Of a DNA stretch of 64,000 nt, positions 40,437 through 54,595 are shown one piece after another. Location of the stretch: NCBI GenBank assembly GCA_951406725.2, contig OX597823.1:87668001-87732000 (forward strand). The letters are read 5' to 3'. A program made the position numbers and the translations under genes. The stretch is from Octopus vulgaris. Its lineage: Eukaryota. The notes below the pieces were generated by a model. The model ran no database searches and had not been told where the DNA came from. It was given only the letters and a program-made list of their open reading frames with translations. Numbering within the stretch: position 1 is the stretch's first letter; every line of letters begins with the position of its first letter.

Positions 40437-40598
<162 letters not shown>

Positions 40599-41669
40599 TT
40601 TAACATCCTAGAATGGACAAATGAAACAGCTAAGATCTCTCTCTATCAGAATCTTTTTCTTTTCTCCTATTCTATTGCATTTTACTTTGTAGATCTAATT
40701 CCATTCCATGTACTGTATTAAAAATTAAAAGCTGTCAAAGAGTGGAAATCACTTACAAAGAGAACACGACAGCCAATAAAGTGCGACGAACGTAGGTGTA
40801 CCGCCATTTTACTTGCCTATGAAAATGCAGTAAGATGATGTTTGAATCCAAATTATATCTGTGTAAATGTAACCACTCTTTGCGATGTCTATTCTTTGAA
40901 TGGTGAATACTATAACCAAATACATGGATGGAGTATACTATAACCAAATGGACACATTAGCAATCTGAAATGAAATTACCTTCTCGATGGTTACTCTTCA
41001 AAATTCAGGTCGGGAGCTCTCGAGCCAGAGATAAACTCTAAAAGACAGTGCTCGACCTGCTAGAAAAGCAAGCATGTTTTTATATCATCTAGAGAAAATA
41101 ATGTGTTCCAATACACATTATGTCTCAAAAGAATTTTTGGACGCTTACATACTGAAGATATATGAAATTATGTCTGTTCAATCAGTGCTAATCTTGTGCT
41201 AAACAAGAAGAACAGCAGCAACAACAACACACATTTCTAGATATCTGGAGCTCATCAGTGAATAATAACAGTTAAAGAACGCAAAATGAAATTGCAAAAC
41301 AACTCAAAGAAAACATATTTTGCTAATATAGAGTTAATAGTCTTTAGTTAAACTTCTCTTTACAGAGAAAATGTAATTTATTGCACAATTTATCTTTTCT
41401 GTACTAACTTTTCTTTTTTAATATTTTCTCTTTTTCACGTTTCTTAATGCAAATCTTTCTGTTTATTTTCGATCTTACATTGATAAAAAAAATATAAATG
41501 TATAAAAAATACACAATTGTTAATATTTTTGCTGGTTTTCTATTGGTTGCAGATTTAAACTGATTTCCTGCCGTAAGTTCTTAGACTGTGTTTGCTAGAA
41601 ATCAAATTTTTTATGTTTTTTTTTAAGATTACTTTAATACATACTAATAATGATAATAATAATAATAAC

Positions 41670-41715
<46 letters not shown>

Positions 41716-41718
<3 letters not shown>

Positions 41719-41885
41719 GCTCTGATGCAGTACCAGGCAGTGGCTCTCATGGCTTATCTTAACTGATTGGAGGTGGTATAATGTACGTTGTTTTGTCTTG
41801 GTACAAAAGATGAGCTAACGGCAAATATTCTGCTCAATACCACAGATTTGCTTGTCAGTTGTTTTACCTTAACCAGTTGAGCATC
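41716..41885 (+). mobile_element. 5' part of the (TAA)n-associated non-coding element
   Basis: follows (TAA)n; CTGCTCAATACCACAGATTTGCTTGTCAGT matches the reverse complement of 21261-21290. Confidence 0.7.
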
Positions 41886-41969
41886 TTTCAGTATTGAGAC
41901 ATAGCTGCTTTAAATAATACTTGAATACCTATTCTGAGGTGTTCGTATCTATTTTAAACTAAAATTTTT

Positions 41970-42488
41970 ACAAGGTTCTGTGAGAACCACAACACAACAC
42001 TGCTCCTCCATGACGAGGATCTACGTTGGTAGCTCCTTAGCAAGTCAATTACAAAGTAGCTATGTGAGTGTTTCGGATACTGAAAACGGCAGTCTAATGG
42101 ATGGAAGGAAGCACTCCGTCGGTTACGACGACGAGGGTTCCGGTTGATCCGAATCAACGGAACAGCCTGCTAGTGAAATTAACGTGCAAGTAGCTGAGCA
42201 CTCCACAGACACGTGTACTCTTAACGTAGTTCTTGGGGATATTCAGCGTGACACAGAGAGTGACAAGGCCGGCCCTTTGAAATACAGGTACAACAGAAAC
42301 AGGAAGTAAGAGTGAGAGAAAGTTGTGGTGAAAGAGTACAGCAGGGATCGCCACCATCCCCTGCCGGAGCCTCGTGGAGCTTTAGGTATTTTCGCTCAAT
42401 AAACACTCACAACGCCCGGTCTGGGAATCGAAACCGCGATCCTATGACCGCGAGTCCGCTGCCCTAACCACTGGGCCATTGCGCCTCC
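41970..42488 (-). mobile_element. family A SINE, long-tail variant
   Basis: minus strand GGAGGCGCAATGGCCCAGTGGTTAGGGCAGCGG...GGTTTCGATTCCC tRNA-like head; 3' boundary approximate. Confidence 0.85.
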
Positions 42489-45285
42489 CGTTTTTCATAT
42501 CGTTTGTTGTCATTATTAGCGGACGTGAATGTCTCGTAGCTCTTCGCTCCGACATTTGAAACTCCGAGTACTATGACAACCTTTTAATGTTCATTGTAGA
42601 TTATAACATATGTCTGTGTATGTATGCATGTATGTATTTATGTTTACACACGAACACACACACACACACACATACACACATGCGTAGAGAGAACCAAAGA
42701 CAAAGAAAGAAGGATGCATTGTACATTTTCAAATATTAAACCTAACCAAGATTGTTTTGCTAATGGCGATGTCCATACTGAAAAAAGTATTGTGCAAACC
42801 GTCGTTAGTATACAATCGATTGTCTTATTCTCCAATCATTAAATCTTTGAAATGTAAGTAGTGGATGCTTTGAAGACGACAATATCTGTAACAATGCTCC
42901 ATGTTATTGCTTACTCTTTGTGACCTAGTAACCCATGGAGAGTAATTATTTTTATAGTCATTCAAAGAGAACATCAAATAAGAGAATGAATATACAAACT
43001 ATGATATCAATGTCGTTCATTACGTATTGCATCTTAATGTAACGCATTTATACAGACACAAATAAGCTTTCAGATACACATATAAACACATTCCTATTTA
43101 CAGCAAATGCATTCTAACACTTATAAGGGCAATATAATCTTTCACTTACACTTTACCAGTTTCATACTTTATAAAATATAGCTGCTATATTGTAGATAAC
43201 AATATATTAAGTAACATAATGTTGTGTACTATTGAAAGAGGCTTGGCGTTTAATATTGCGGTGCGGCCGTCTTGTTATTGTTGCTTTGTGCTCGTATCAT
43301 CATTCGTCGAGGAAAACCGTAACCAGTGTCATTCTGACTGTTACAATCTAGTCTCTTCAGCTGTTTCAATATAGTAACCAATTACTCTTGTCATTCATAT
43401 AGAGCGAAATTTTGGATTTGTGTGTCTTGCAGATTTTGTATCCAGCTCTTTGAAATATATCATAGAATTTTCTTCTCATGACCTCTGTTACAATTGAGCT
43501 TTTTTTTTTTTATTAACGAAATAGGATGTTTGACAAATAAGCTGATTATTATGCCTAGAAGTATCTTAGACTTTTGCTGACTTTAAATTAAACTTGAAAT
43601 TCTAAAAATGTCCTTTGTATATCCATCAATTGAAACATTTTCTCAATGAAAATAAACTTCTTCAAAAATATGAGCTAAGGAAGCTTCCTTGTAGTAGAAT
43701 AAAATCATTTTTGTCAAAGAATATCCTTAACACAGGACATACTCAGAAGTTGATGTCGGTAAATATATAAAATAATATAGTCCCAAATATATCCATATTA
43801 CCACCATAATTTATAAGCATGTTGATGTCAGTAGGCTTAATGCATAGATTATGAGGGCTAAAATACAATGAAATATGTACAGTTAAATAATTTTACTCGA
43901 TTATTAATATTCTGTTTATTTCTCCTGAAAATACGTAAGAGATGTTGTCAGTACTTTCTGGTTTCCCATATAAAACGTATTGTAAGTACATATTATATAT
44001 GTAAATAGAATAAGGAAGTAATAAGTCACTCCTATTTGGTGCTTTTAAAATGGTGAATAGTTTAACAATGAAACAATTCTGTGATGTTATGCAGATGTTA
44101 ATCGATAAATTTGCGAATTAGAAAGCGTGTCAAAATCAGGAAATATCTATATCAAGTATTTATTGTCTGTCATTTCAAGTTTGTTTGTTGTTTGTTTGGA
44201 TACTTTTAATTGGAGTTGCTAGAACTGTAAGGTTTTCCGAGAAAAGGGAATGTGCTTTAGGTTTAAGTCTTGGCTGAGCAATATTTCTATACAATCGTTG
44301 TGTCAGCCCATTCTGTTCATAGCTAAATAATTAAGAAAGAAGGGCAATCGACCGGTAACCTTCCTTTCTACAAATTAGAGTAAGATACATTAAAAATGGA
44401 CATCCCTATTGTTCATCTAATGATTTGTATATTTTTAATATTTGATATCGATTTCGAGACAGCTCAATTATATGTATAGTTTGAAAGTAGTCCATCACCA
44501 GATATTTTTTTCCCATTTACGTAACCTTGAAGAGTAGATACCAAGTAATTAAAAATGTTAGCTGTTTTGTATTAACATATAAACCATGTTTATGATTTAT
44601 TTCCTACATGCATTATGCCATAACACTGATCCTACCTACTGAAGCTGATATGTAACTTAATATTGTGTAGGCAGGTGCAATTACATATACAATTCACAAT
44701 TTTGACACTTCGTACATTGTACTCAGCATATGACTGCCACATTGACCAATTTTCTATAACACTTGATGTATTAGTCTCTTACCAAATATTAGAAAGTGCC
44801 GTAAATCTCCTGTTTAAGTTATACCTTTCTTATACAACTTTCTGATCCACAATTCAACAAACTGAAAGTGAGAAGAAACTTAATATTGCAGATTTTATTT
44901 ACCAAGTGTCTGAAACAAACACCTGTCATTGAATCATTGAAGTATGTCATTTTTAGCATACACGTACATATATACAAATATAGTAATAGGTTGGTTCAAT
45001 CAAAATATCCTAGTGTAGGTCGATAGTAAACTTCAAGTATGTGTTCAGCTAGTATAAATGACAGACGTTTGACAATATACAATAGAAAGTTTTCATGTAT
45101 CATCGTTTGTACGGCGGTTGTCAGTTTATCGAAATCGCTTTTGATTTCAATGTGGGACGGAAACAGTAACTTACGATAGTAAATAGTCTCTTTGCATCGT
45201 ATGATATCTACTACCTATCATTTATATACAAATATATCTATGCACATACATATAATGACCATACCTAATATATTTGTATATGTTC

Positions 45286-45336
<51 letters not shown>

Positions 45337-45619
45337 TTGTGCATATATACGATGATACATTGTAGTTATAATTAAGTATGATCCATATTTGCGCTATAAT
45401 TCGATAGATGCAGTGTTTTTTCAAGAATTTATATGATAATAAATTTATACAAAAGCATGGCAAGACGAAGAGACCATTTCAGAGATATCGACTATATCAT
45501 CCACAGGGTTCAGGATTTTTTCTCAAACATGATAATCAAAAACAAAAAAAATACTTGTTCAAATTGAAAGGATATACAGCTCATGTGACTATCTTGAGAA
45601 ACAATATTAGTTTATAAGC

Positions 45620-45990
45620 GTAACATCTCAGACATAGGAAATGTCTTTGTAATCTGCCAGACTATTTTATCATGTCCAATTCTTCGAGGAATTCAATGAA
45701 GCTCTCATACAATTTCATGCTGTTTCGCACATCTTCACGGATCTGTCGCACACAGAACATCACTGTAACTATATAGTTTTATTGGTCTGGATATCCCCAT
45801 TGAGTTACAAATGAGATTACCAATTCAGTTTGTTGAGCAACATTTTCACGAGGATCTTCCCCGTTGTAGCACTTTCGTAGCTCATGCGTTAATCTCATCA
45901 ACCATTATAAATCTAGGAAATGTGCTTAACTCTCGCCAGTTATCTGGGTTTTGTTAAGTCTTGAGCATCGATTATTAATGCGATTATATC
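45620..45990 (-). mobile_element. highly decayed LINE RT remnant (RTE-like)
   Basis: minus-strand pieces NWR.., GKILVKMLLNKL, QWGY, MFCVRQIRE resemble RTE RT motifs (GKILARVLLNRL, QCGF, MIF.RQLQEK). Confidence 0.55.
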
Positions 45991-47492
45991 CTTCAATGCA
46001 ATTTCCTTATTTGATACTATTTCTTACTAATTTGATTTTTTTATGAATTCAACGATGTAAGTTTGGCTGTTTCACATTTAAGTTGGTATTTGTGCTAGAA
46101 TTAACGGTTATATGTTTCGATGTATTTTAGCTGTCTATGACAGAATAGGAAGTAGTTTGTAGTATTGCAAAATAGGTGTGTAGTGGATTACCGTTCTTTT
46201 GTTTGTGACAATATTGGTGATTAAAGACTGACTGATGATCTTTCAAACATCTGATATCTCCAACTGCAAAACCTCTACTAATTATGTGTAAGTTACCTGA
46301 TTTAAATTTAAATCAAGATGTACTTAAACCATAAAAATCATTGAAACATTGAATTTATGCTTTTAAATTTAAGGCTTGTAACAAAGAATTTATTAGAAAA
46401 TTGATACGTAGCTTGAAAAACAGACACAAATTAATCATTCACAGACAAAAAATATGACATACTAATTCTAGACATATTCCACAAAGTAAACATGTAGACC
46501 TATGAGCAAAATACAAATAAATTCACCTCACCTTGTCCTATCAAATCCACGCATCAAATACAGAATTATAAAAAAAAATATGTTTATATATAAAGATGGA
46601 AAGTAGGATGGAATAAGACATAGAATGTGTCAAACAAAGCCATTATACTGTTGTAGTTCACACTGTCACACATAAACACACAGGCAACCATTTAAACAAC
46701 TCGTTATGACTTGCATACAAACATGTAATGTATTTCTAAACTGATTAGAGCTATTCTGAAAACTGGTAGCTCATGCTATTACGTGGTTTCGTGATGCATT
46801 CATTAGCTTAACATAGGATTGACTTTTGCTGTAATTACCATTTCTAATATAATATAATCTATTATAATTACATAACACACAATTGCTATCGACGATGACA
46901 AATATTATATTCATTGAACAATTACAGTAAGATTTGCCGCAAATATTTCGATGCAGTCAACTGACCCTCTGTCCTCGTGGCATGCTTCAACAAACGAAGC
47001 TGTACCCCAAATGATAGCAATATGAACTGTGAACTCTCTATAAAATTGACAAGATTTCATATTCCAGTTAAGATAAATTCGGTATAGTTCTGAGCCCATC
47101 TACTACACTCTGCTTATGAAAATCATGAAACTGTGGAACTGGCTTTTATAAATATAGCTTTTTAAAGACACCAAGCACGTTGTCAACATGTTCCTTCAAG
47201 TAACACATACACACAAACACATAGACATACATACAAACACACATGCACAACTACACAGACACTGGCACAATCACGCAGACACAGACGCACACAGAAACAC
47301 ACACACAGACACAAATACAAGCATACACACTCACACACACAAACACACACAAACACACCTTTAACAATATGTCGACTAAGTTTCATATCACTCCAAACAT
47401 ATGTGTTAAGAGCTACTTATTTTCATTTCTTCACTTACACATTTACATACTCTCGCTCACACACATGCATACACACACATATATAACTGTGT

Positions 47493-47524
<32 letters not shown>

Positions 47525-48128
47525 CTTTGTGCCAGTGTGTGTGTATGTGAAGTAGTGCATGTACATATGTGTCTGTCTCGTCATGTATGGAAACCCTAGC
47601 GGCAACGTATTGATGCAGCACATGGTATTGATATTGTGCTTTGTATATTGTGATTAATTACAGCGTATTGTTATATGATCAATCGTGATTTACAAGATGG
47701 AGATGTTATGATGTGAACTATTCAATTCATGACTACCTCACAGCCTTTTTGTATATCTAGCACCAAATGTTACAATGTGTCCTTTCTTCTATAAAAGCAA
47801 TGAATTCAAAGATCTGTATTTAATATCAGTTGCTCTCCTTGCTATTTCTAGCACATTCAGTGACAGCAATGCGAGAGAAAAAGACAATATCTTGTTCGTT
47901 CTTCTTTGAGATACGATATTGTTAACTTTGACCTTGTTTGCAATTGTGTCTGTATTTGTGTTGAAACTATCAGTGTGTGTATACTTGTCTCTGGATATAA
48001 TAAAATATATGCTTTCGTGATTAAAAACAAAATTTTATAGAAGTGTTCCGCAACATGGGTTCCTCGGAACCTTGATTGTCTGATAAGGTAGTACTGGGTG
48101 TCCGCGAACTAAATTCCAAATTTCATAA

Positions 48129-48222
<94 letters not shown>

Positions 48223-48463
48223 GTATATTATATATATATATATATATACATACATACATATATATATATATATTTATATAAGATTAAGGTGGACAGACGC
48301 AATTCAAAACCAAAAGAGAAATAATTGAGCGGTTCTAAACAGGAAATGTGCTTTTTGTGAGAAAAGAATTCTTTGACTCTTAGTTTTAGTAATGGTGGTG
48401 GTCCCTGCAGCCTTCGTCACTGTTTAGTGATGGTGAGTAATATATATGTATATATATGCATGC

Positions 48464-48511
<48 letters not shown>

Positions 48512-48873
48512 GTATGTGTGTGTGCGTGTGTGTGTGTGTGTGTAAATAATGGGAAAAGAAAATATTTGTATGCCACAATATTCTGAAAAATAGACCTTAG
48601 ATCGTCTAACCATGTCCAATATTTTTCACTGTAACTACACGGCGTGTTGAAACGAGGAAAGCAAGCTAACAGAAAGTTTAAAACTTCGTTATTCTCGAAT
48701 CGGACCGATTTCTGGATTAATCCACACGGGTTCTTCTTTTTTCAGCGAGAGACACGATAAGAATAAGTGGAACATCTACTTTTTCCGTGGGTATATGTGG
48801 CTGTTTACATATGTGGGCATCCATGACTGTATATGTGTATATACGTATACATCCATCCAATGTGCCTGTGAGT

Positions 48874-48923
<50 letters not shown>

Positions 48924-48986
48924 GTGTGTATGGTTGCACATATATATGTATGTATGCATGTATGTATGTTTGCATGCATGTAGTCA

Positions 48987-49177
48987 TTAGGTTGGTGCAT
49001 AATTATTGCGGCTTTTCTTTCAACAAATGGTATTCAACAAAACAATAACAACATTTAACAAAAAACATATTTAAGTGATTATTCCGCAGTATATTCACCA
49101 TTTACTTGAATTTCTGCTTGGCGTTTTGTGTAAATTTTTTGGTGAATAAAACCCTCAGTAATTATGCACCAACCTAA
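48987..49177. mobile_element. mariner-derived MITE
   Basis: TIRs TTAGGTTGGTGCATAATTA / TAATTATGCACCAACCTAA; TA at the right end, CA at the left. Confidence 0.85.
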
Positions 49178-49185
49178 TATATATA

Positions 49186-49307
<122 letters not shown>

Positions 49308-52300
49308 TTATTCATATTTACTTTAAAGAGCGCATTCCTATGTCAATTTTAATTTTGGTTATTGCATATGTTTTCCGTGAAAGTTCACATTATAGTCAGT
49401 TTTGTTGGTATAAAGAAATAAATCCGCAACCTGAGATCGGTTTTGCTACGTAATTCTCGCTTTCCTAATCGGAACTACACGAATAAGTTCGCACTATCAT
49501 GCTTGCTGACGTAAAAAGCATTTTATGATTGGATATTAGTAGAATTCATTTCTTCATGGTGAATTATCTGTCTTTTGTTAAGTAGAAGGGAGTTTTGCAT
49601 TTTTCTCGATATTTTATTACATACATAGTTCATTGTCTTTTTATTCGCAACGGTTTGCTTTGCCGTACTTAAAATATTTCTTTTATCACTATTTTTCGAA
49701 ATTGGGAAGTGCATTCCATATATTTATTTTTTCAATAAATAAAATTACTTTTGAAATAATATTATCTCGGTTTGGCTCCATAGAATTAATCATCTATTAA
49801 TTATTACTATCCTTTTTGTGATTTATTGTCTGAAAAGCAAATCTTTCCGACTGAATGTTTTTCACTTTTCCCAAGGAACAGAAAAGATGATATATATATT
49901 TACTTCTTTTCTTGCTGATTAGAATTTCATTAAAAAATGTATCTCATTATACATAAATCATTCCTTTTTTTTTTGTTTATTATCTCATTACATACACTCA
50001 ATTTTCTGGTTAAATATTCATTCGCAACATTTTCTGTTGGTTTCCTTTTATGATTTTTTTTCTATTCCCTCTTATTTCCTTCACAATTTCGTCAATAGTA
50101 GTAAGTCTTCTTTTTAATTATTAATATTAAATATTAATGTAAATTATTGCTGATCTTTGACTTTTAAGACGAATGACTACTTAATTCCTAATATGTCTCT
50201 CAACTATCTCACAGAGATCTACTGCCTTACAACCTAAATATCAGTGGACAACTCTCATTTGCTACGATGACTCATGATTTGAATGAAAAGTGGTGGTGGT
50301 TAAAACAGGAAAAGAAAGCTAAGATAGAAAACGTGAAGAACAATGGAAATAACTGTAAACTATAAAAAACATCAGTCAGCGTTTCTTCTATATTTTTTTT
50401 TAAGTATACAAGTTATTAAAAGTCAAACATTACATGAATGTCAATAATAGGAAAATGGCCATACCGAGCTGGAAGAAAGAAAACAATCACAAAAAATCAA
50501 CGATCTATTTTCACTTGCTCTACAGCTTTGTCCAAAAAACAGTAAAAGGAGATGTGAACACCATCTAAGTTTAACGAGTATCACAAACATACAGTCCATT
50601 TGACTCATGTTGCCGATGGCACAGTAAATTTCTTATCTTTTCAGATATATTCATGTTAAATTATAAAACACTCGCTAATATAATGCGGAGTCTATAATGA
50701 AAGAGTTTAGAAAACCAGATTTATTTACGGCTACGAAACTGATTTCTTCTTGCAATGAAATTCCTAGACAATTTCCTTATCAGTGACATCGTAGAGTTGC
50801 AACAAATTTTAAGATGAAAGTAAGAAATATACTGAACAATGACTTCAAGAATATCACTTTGGAAATAGCTTATGTTTGTAATTATTGAATTCCAGATACA
50901 ACGGTTTTACTTCCATGCTCATATCCCTAATAATGGGAGAAGGGAGTTACATTTAATAACCAGGAGGATCTAGATTTAGCCTTGTGATCAAAGTACTTAA
51001 TATGTATAAATGACCAGGATCTTATGAAGCCTTTATCAAATACATGATTGAAGTTCTTGCGGTAATATATAGCCTGATACACAATACTAAGGGAATAATT
51101 AATATCGTAAATGTTTCTTTTAATAATTTCACGATGCATTCTTTAACAAACAGTTTTCGAATATCCACAATATAAAAAACAATGAACACAAAAAATTAAC
51201 AAAGTTAAATTGCTCTGAACGTATGGCATTCCGTCCAGCAAACAGCTTACCTTCGATGCTAACTACGATATCAATATAGGAATAAGTTCTTCAGTGAATC
51301 AGTCAAATGCATCTTTAAGTATATACACAACAGATACCATTGTGTCAATGTTCAAATTCACGAAATGAATGGGAGCCAAGAACTTAGAGATTGTCAATGC
51401 CAACCATATAAATGCTCATGAAGTAATGTCACAACTCTCAGAATTCAAAATGCCTGGCTAATCACACACGGTTGTACAGATGGCCGTGCATTTGATAAGA
51501 GAACAAAGAATTTGCATCAAAGAGAGAAATAACATAGAAGCTTTAGAAGTGGATAATCGTAAATACACATACACATGTGAACGTGCCTCCTGTGCAATCA
51601 ATATTTGCAGACAATAATATGCTCGTAAATTCCTATTAGCATTTTGGTTTTCACAAGATTACTAAATGTAGAGAATCAAGAATTGGCGAATGTGGTGAAA
51701 CTATTACGAGAAAATACAATGTCAGTCGAAAATATTAGGATGAAAGCAATTACATTTCAGAGTTTCTAGACTGTGAATGAAATTATGTATGTCCTGTTAC
51801 AGATGCTAGAGACCGACGAAATTTACTCGCAGCGAAGAAATTATTCTTCAAAGTAATTCTCTTCAGATGTAAGAAATTTACTTTCTGTGATATTTCTATA
51901 CATAATCTCAAACTGCCAGTGCAAATCTATAAGTATTATGAAGAAATTACGTTGAAAGATTTACTTAACCAAAGTTATTTTTGGAAACAGCAAAGACGAA
52001 ATGCTTAAATTTCGGTGTAAACACTTTATTAATGTCTGCTTTAAAGTGTTTCTCATCAGGATTAACCACTTCTGGAATTAGTTTACAAAATTTTAATAAG
52101 CAACAATAACTACGCAAACAAAATAAATTGAAGAAATTGTGAGAGATTGAATTTTATTCATCGTGAAAGAATGACATCAACGTCACTTGGTGAGATAGAC
52201 TAATTCATAATAGGTCTCTCAACTCTTTGAAAACAATTAATGGTTATTGATCGTTGCTCACGCAATAAATTATATCTCCACTCAACAATTTGCATTGCAT

Positions 52301-52384
52301 ACTCAGTAACTGTTGTGCTTCCCAGACTCAATATTAACATCAGCCATTCTATGATTGCCTTAATATTTGTTTTTCGTTCAGGCT

Positions 52385-52550
52385 TAAAGGTAGCAGAATG
52401 GTTAGCACGCCGGACAAAATAACTTGAGTTATTTAGTGCTGTGTTCAAATTCCGGCGAATCGACTTCGTCTTTCATTCTTTCGGGGTTGATGGAATAAGT
52501 ATCAGTTTAACACGAAATTGATTGCTGGCCTTGTGGCAAAATTTAAAATC
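52385..52550 (+). mobile_element. decayed family C SINE
   Basis: GCAGAATGGTTAGCACGCCGG...TTCAAATTCC...TTTCATTCTTTCGGGG. Confidence 0.7.
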
Positions 52551-53711
52551 AGTTTGTGTTTTTGTTATCGTCCCTAGGATATAGCTTCCCCATCCTTGCT
52601 AACGAATCGGTTGCTGAGACACACCGTACATAGTGCTGATCACTTAAGCCCCTTTCACGGAATATGGAATTTTCTTTTCTTCACAGGACCTTGCCTTGTT
52701 TGTTTTGGGATTCTAAATTATGAATGTATCGTCTGGTTATCAAAATTCTGTCAATTCTAGCATTATTTTTTTTACCAAGGCTTAAATTCCCCATAGTAGT
52801 GGGCAGCCACAACAAGACACACACCAGGCATTCTATTCATTTCCCAGCTCAAAGAGGCGAGTTCCGTCTTGTGCTCGGGTCAAAGCATAGAAAGCAATCC
52901 ACTGATACCAGCAGCGGGACCCGTGAGCATATGCTGGTTTACTCCTGCCGCATCATTCTGGTTTCGTACCTCTTTGAGCAACATCAATTCACTCATCCGT
53001 CCGCAATCACTCTCCAAGCTTTCCTATCAATTATAAACTCCGACCAGGAACTGCATATTTACCAACGACACTTTCTACTTCCTCATTTTCCACTTGCACA
53101 TTTATATCACCTAACACCACCACATAACCACATCTCCCCTACCCTATCCACGCACTCCATTATTTATACCATTAATTTAATCTTCACTTGTTCTAGTCAA
53201 TAGACTGCGGCCATGCTGTAGTACCGCCTTCAAGAGTTTAGTCAAAAGAAATCACCACTTAATTTCTTTATGATTGTGCTCTACCAAACTGTATAGGTCT
53301 GCCGATCGGTATCGGCCTGCACTGCCGAACCGTTACATTGCTGGGATGTAACCAAACAAACAGCTGCTTTCAATGGATGTTGCTGAACAAATACAAGCAC
53401 TAAGATATACATATACACACAGGCATATATATAGGCACACTCACACATATATACAGGCTGTTCGGGTTAAATCTGACGATTTTTAGATCCCCTGTTTGCA
53501 GGAACTGCTTGTCGTATTGTTGAACAATAAACAACTTTGGAGAGCATAAAGGTTAATGTTGTAGTTGAGAGCCATCTACTACTGGAAAAGTATTACCTTT
53601 AGTATGATGGTTCCGGCCAGGTATCAAAATGTTGACATCCTGACTGCCACTCAATGCTCGGGAGCACCGTAAAACTGTAAGATGTGACATGGACAACTGA
53701 AACGGTTACTA

Positions 53712-54063
53712 CAAAACGTGGACAGCAGGAAGAGACAGAGGAAGCGTCTTTCAACAAAGGCGTGACTAGAAGGAAGAGACAGAACAAGCGTCTTTAAGCA
53801 AAGAGTGTCTAGCAGGAAGGGAGAGAGCAAATGCCTTTGAACAAAGGCATGGCTAGCAGGAAGGGACAGAGCAAGCGTGTTTCTGAAAAGGCGTGGCTAG
53901 AAGGAAGGGACAGAACAAGCGTGTTTGAACAAAGGCGTGGCTAGCAGGAAGAGACAGAGCAAGCGTGTTTCAGTAAAGGCGTTCCTACAAGGAAGGGACA
54001 GAGCAAACGTGTTTGAACAAATGTGTGTTTAGCTGGAAGGGAAAGAGCAAGCGTCTTTGAACA
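53712..54063. repeat. 44-bp minisatellite, about 8 copies
   Basis: unit approximately AGCAGGAAGGGACAGAGCAAGCGTGTTTGAACAAAGGCGTGGCT. Confidence 0.92.
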
Positions 54064-54382
54064 GACCCTTAGCTTCAATTCAGAAAGCTTTGTGAAACTG
54101 TTGGTCACTGTGATACATTTCTGACTGGAGAATGGTGATGGGACATGATATGCGTGATAGCAGGATTCGTCGTCTTTCCATACTCTTGGAAAGAGTCAGA
54201 AGTAGCCGTCGGGGAATTTCTACCACTTCGCCATCCATGTTACTCCGATTGTGGTACGATGGATTACGATGTGTGGCGTGCAGTTAAGAAAGACACCAAA
54301 TGCTCTGCCTTCAACACCAAGGCCAGCCTTGTGGCTAAGATCAAGGAGGTGTTCCAGTATCTTCCCAAGGACACAATGAAGT

Positions 54383-54595
54383 AAAGGCGGCGAGCTGGGA
54401 GAAACGTTAGTACGCCTTCGTCTGCCGCTACGTTCTGAGTTAAAATTCCGCGGAAGGCAAATTTGCCTTTCATCCTTTCGAGGTCGATTAAATAAGTACC
54501 AGTTACGCATCTGGGTCGATATAATCGACTTAATCCGTTTGTCTGTCCTTGTTCGTCCCCTCTGTGTGTAGCCCCTTGTGGGCAGGAAAGAAATA
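54383..54595 (+). mobile_element. family C SINE inserted in the transposase remnant
   Basis: AGGCGGCGAGCTGG head; imperfect TSD AAGGACACAATGAAG / AAGGAAACTATGAAG. Confidence 0.88.

Noticed and set aside
41230-41262. CTGATGAGCTC...GAAATGTG on the minus strand
   Set aside because: Stem II does not close; at best a very decayed hammerhead
43320-43366. CAG-CTGAAGA-GACT..AGTC-AGAA..CTG on the minus strand
   Set aside because: Lacks GAAA and a valid cleavage triplet
52724-53203. 159-aa ORF
   Set aside because: No recognisable domain or splice context, and it ends in a SINE tail
53712-54063. Regular repeat array resembling a CRISPR
   Set aside because: Contiguous 44-bp units with no unique spacers, no cas genes, and a eukaryotic context
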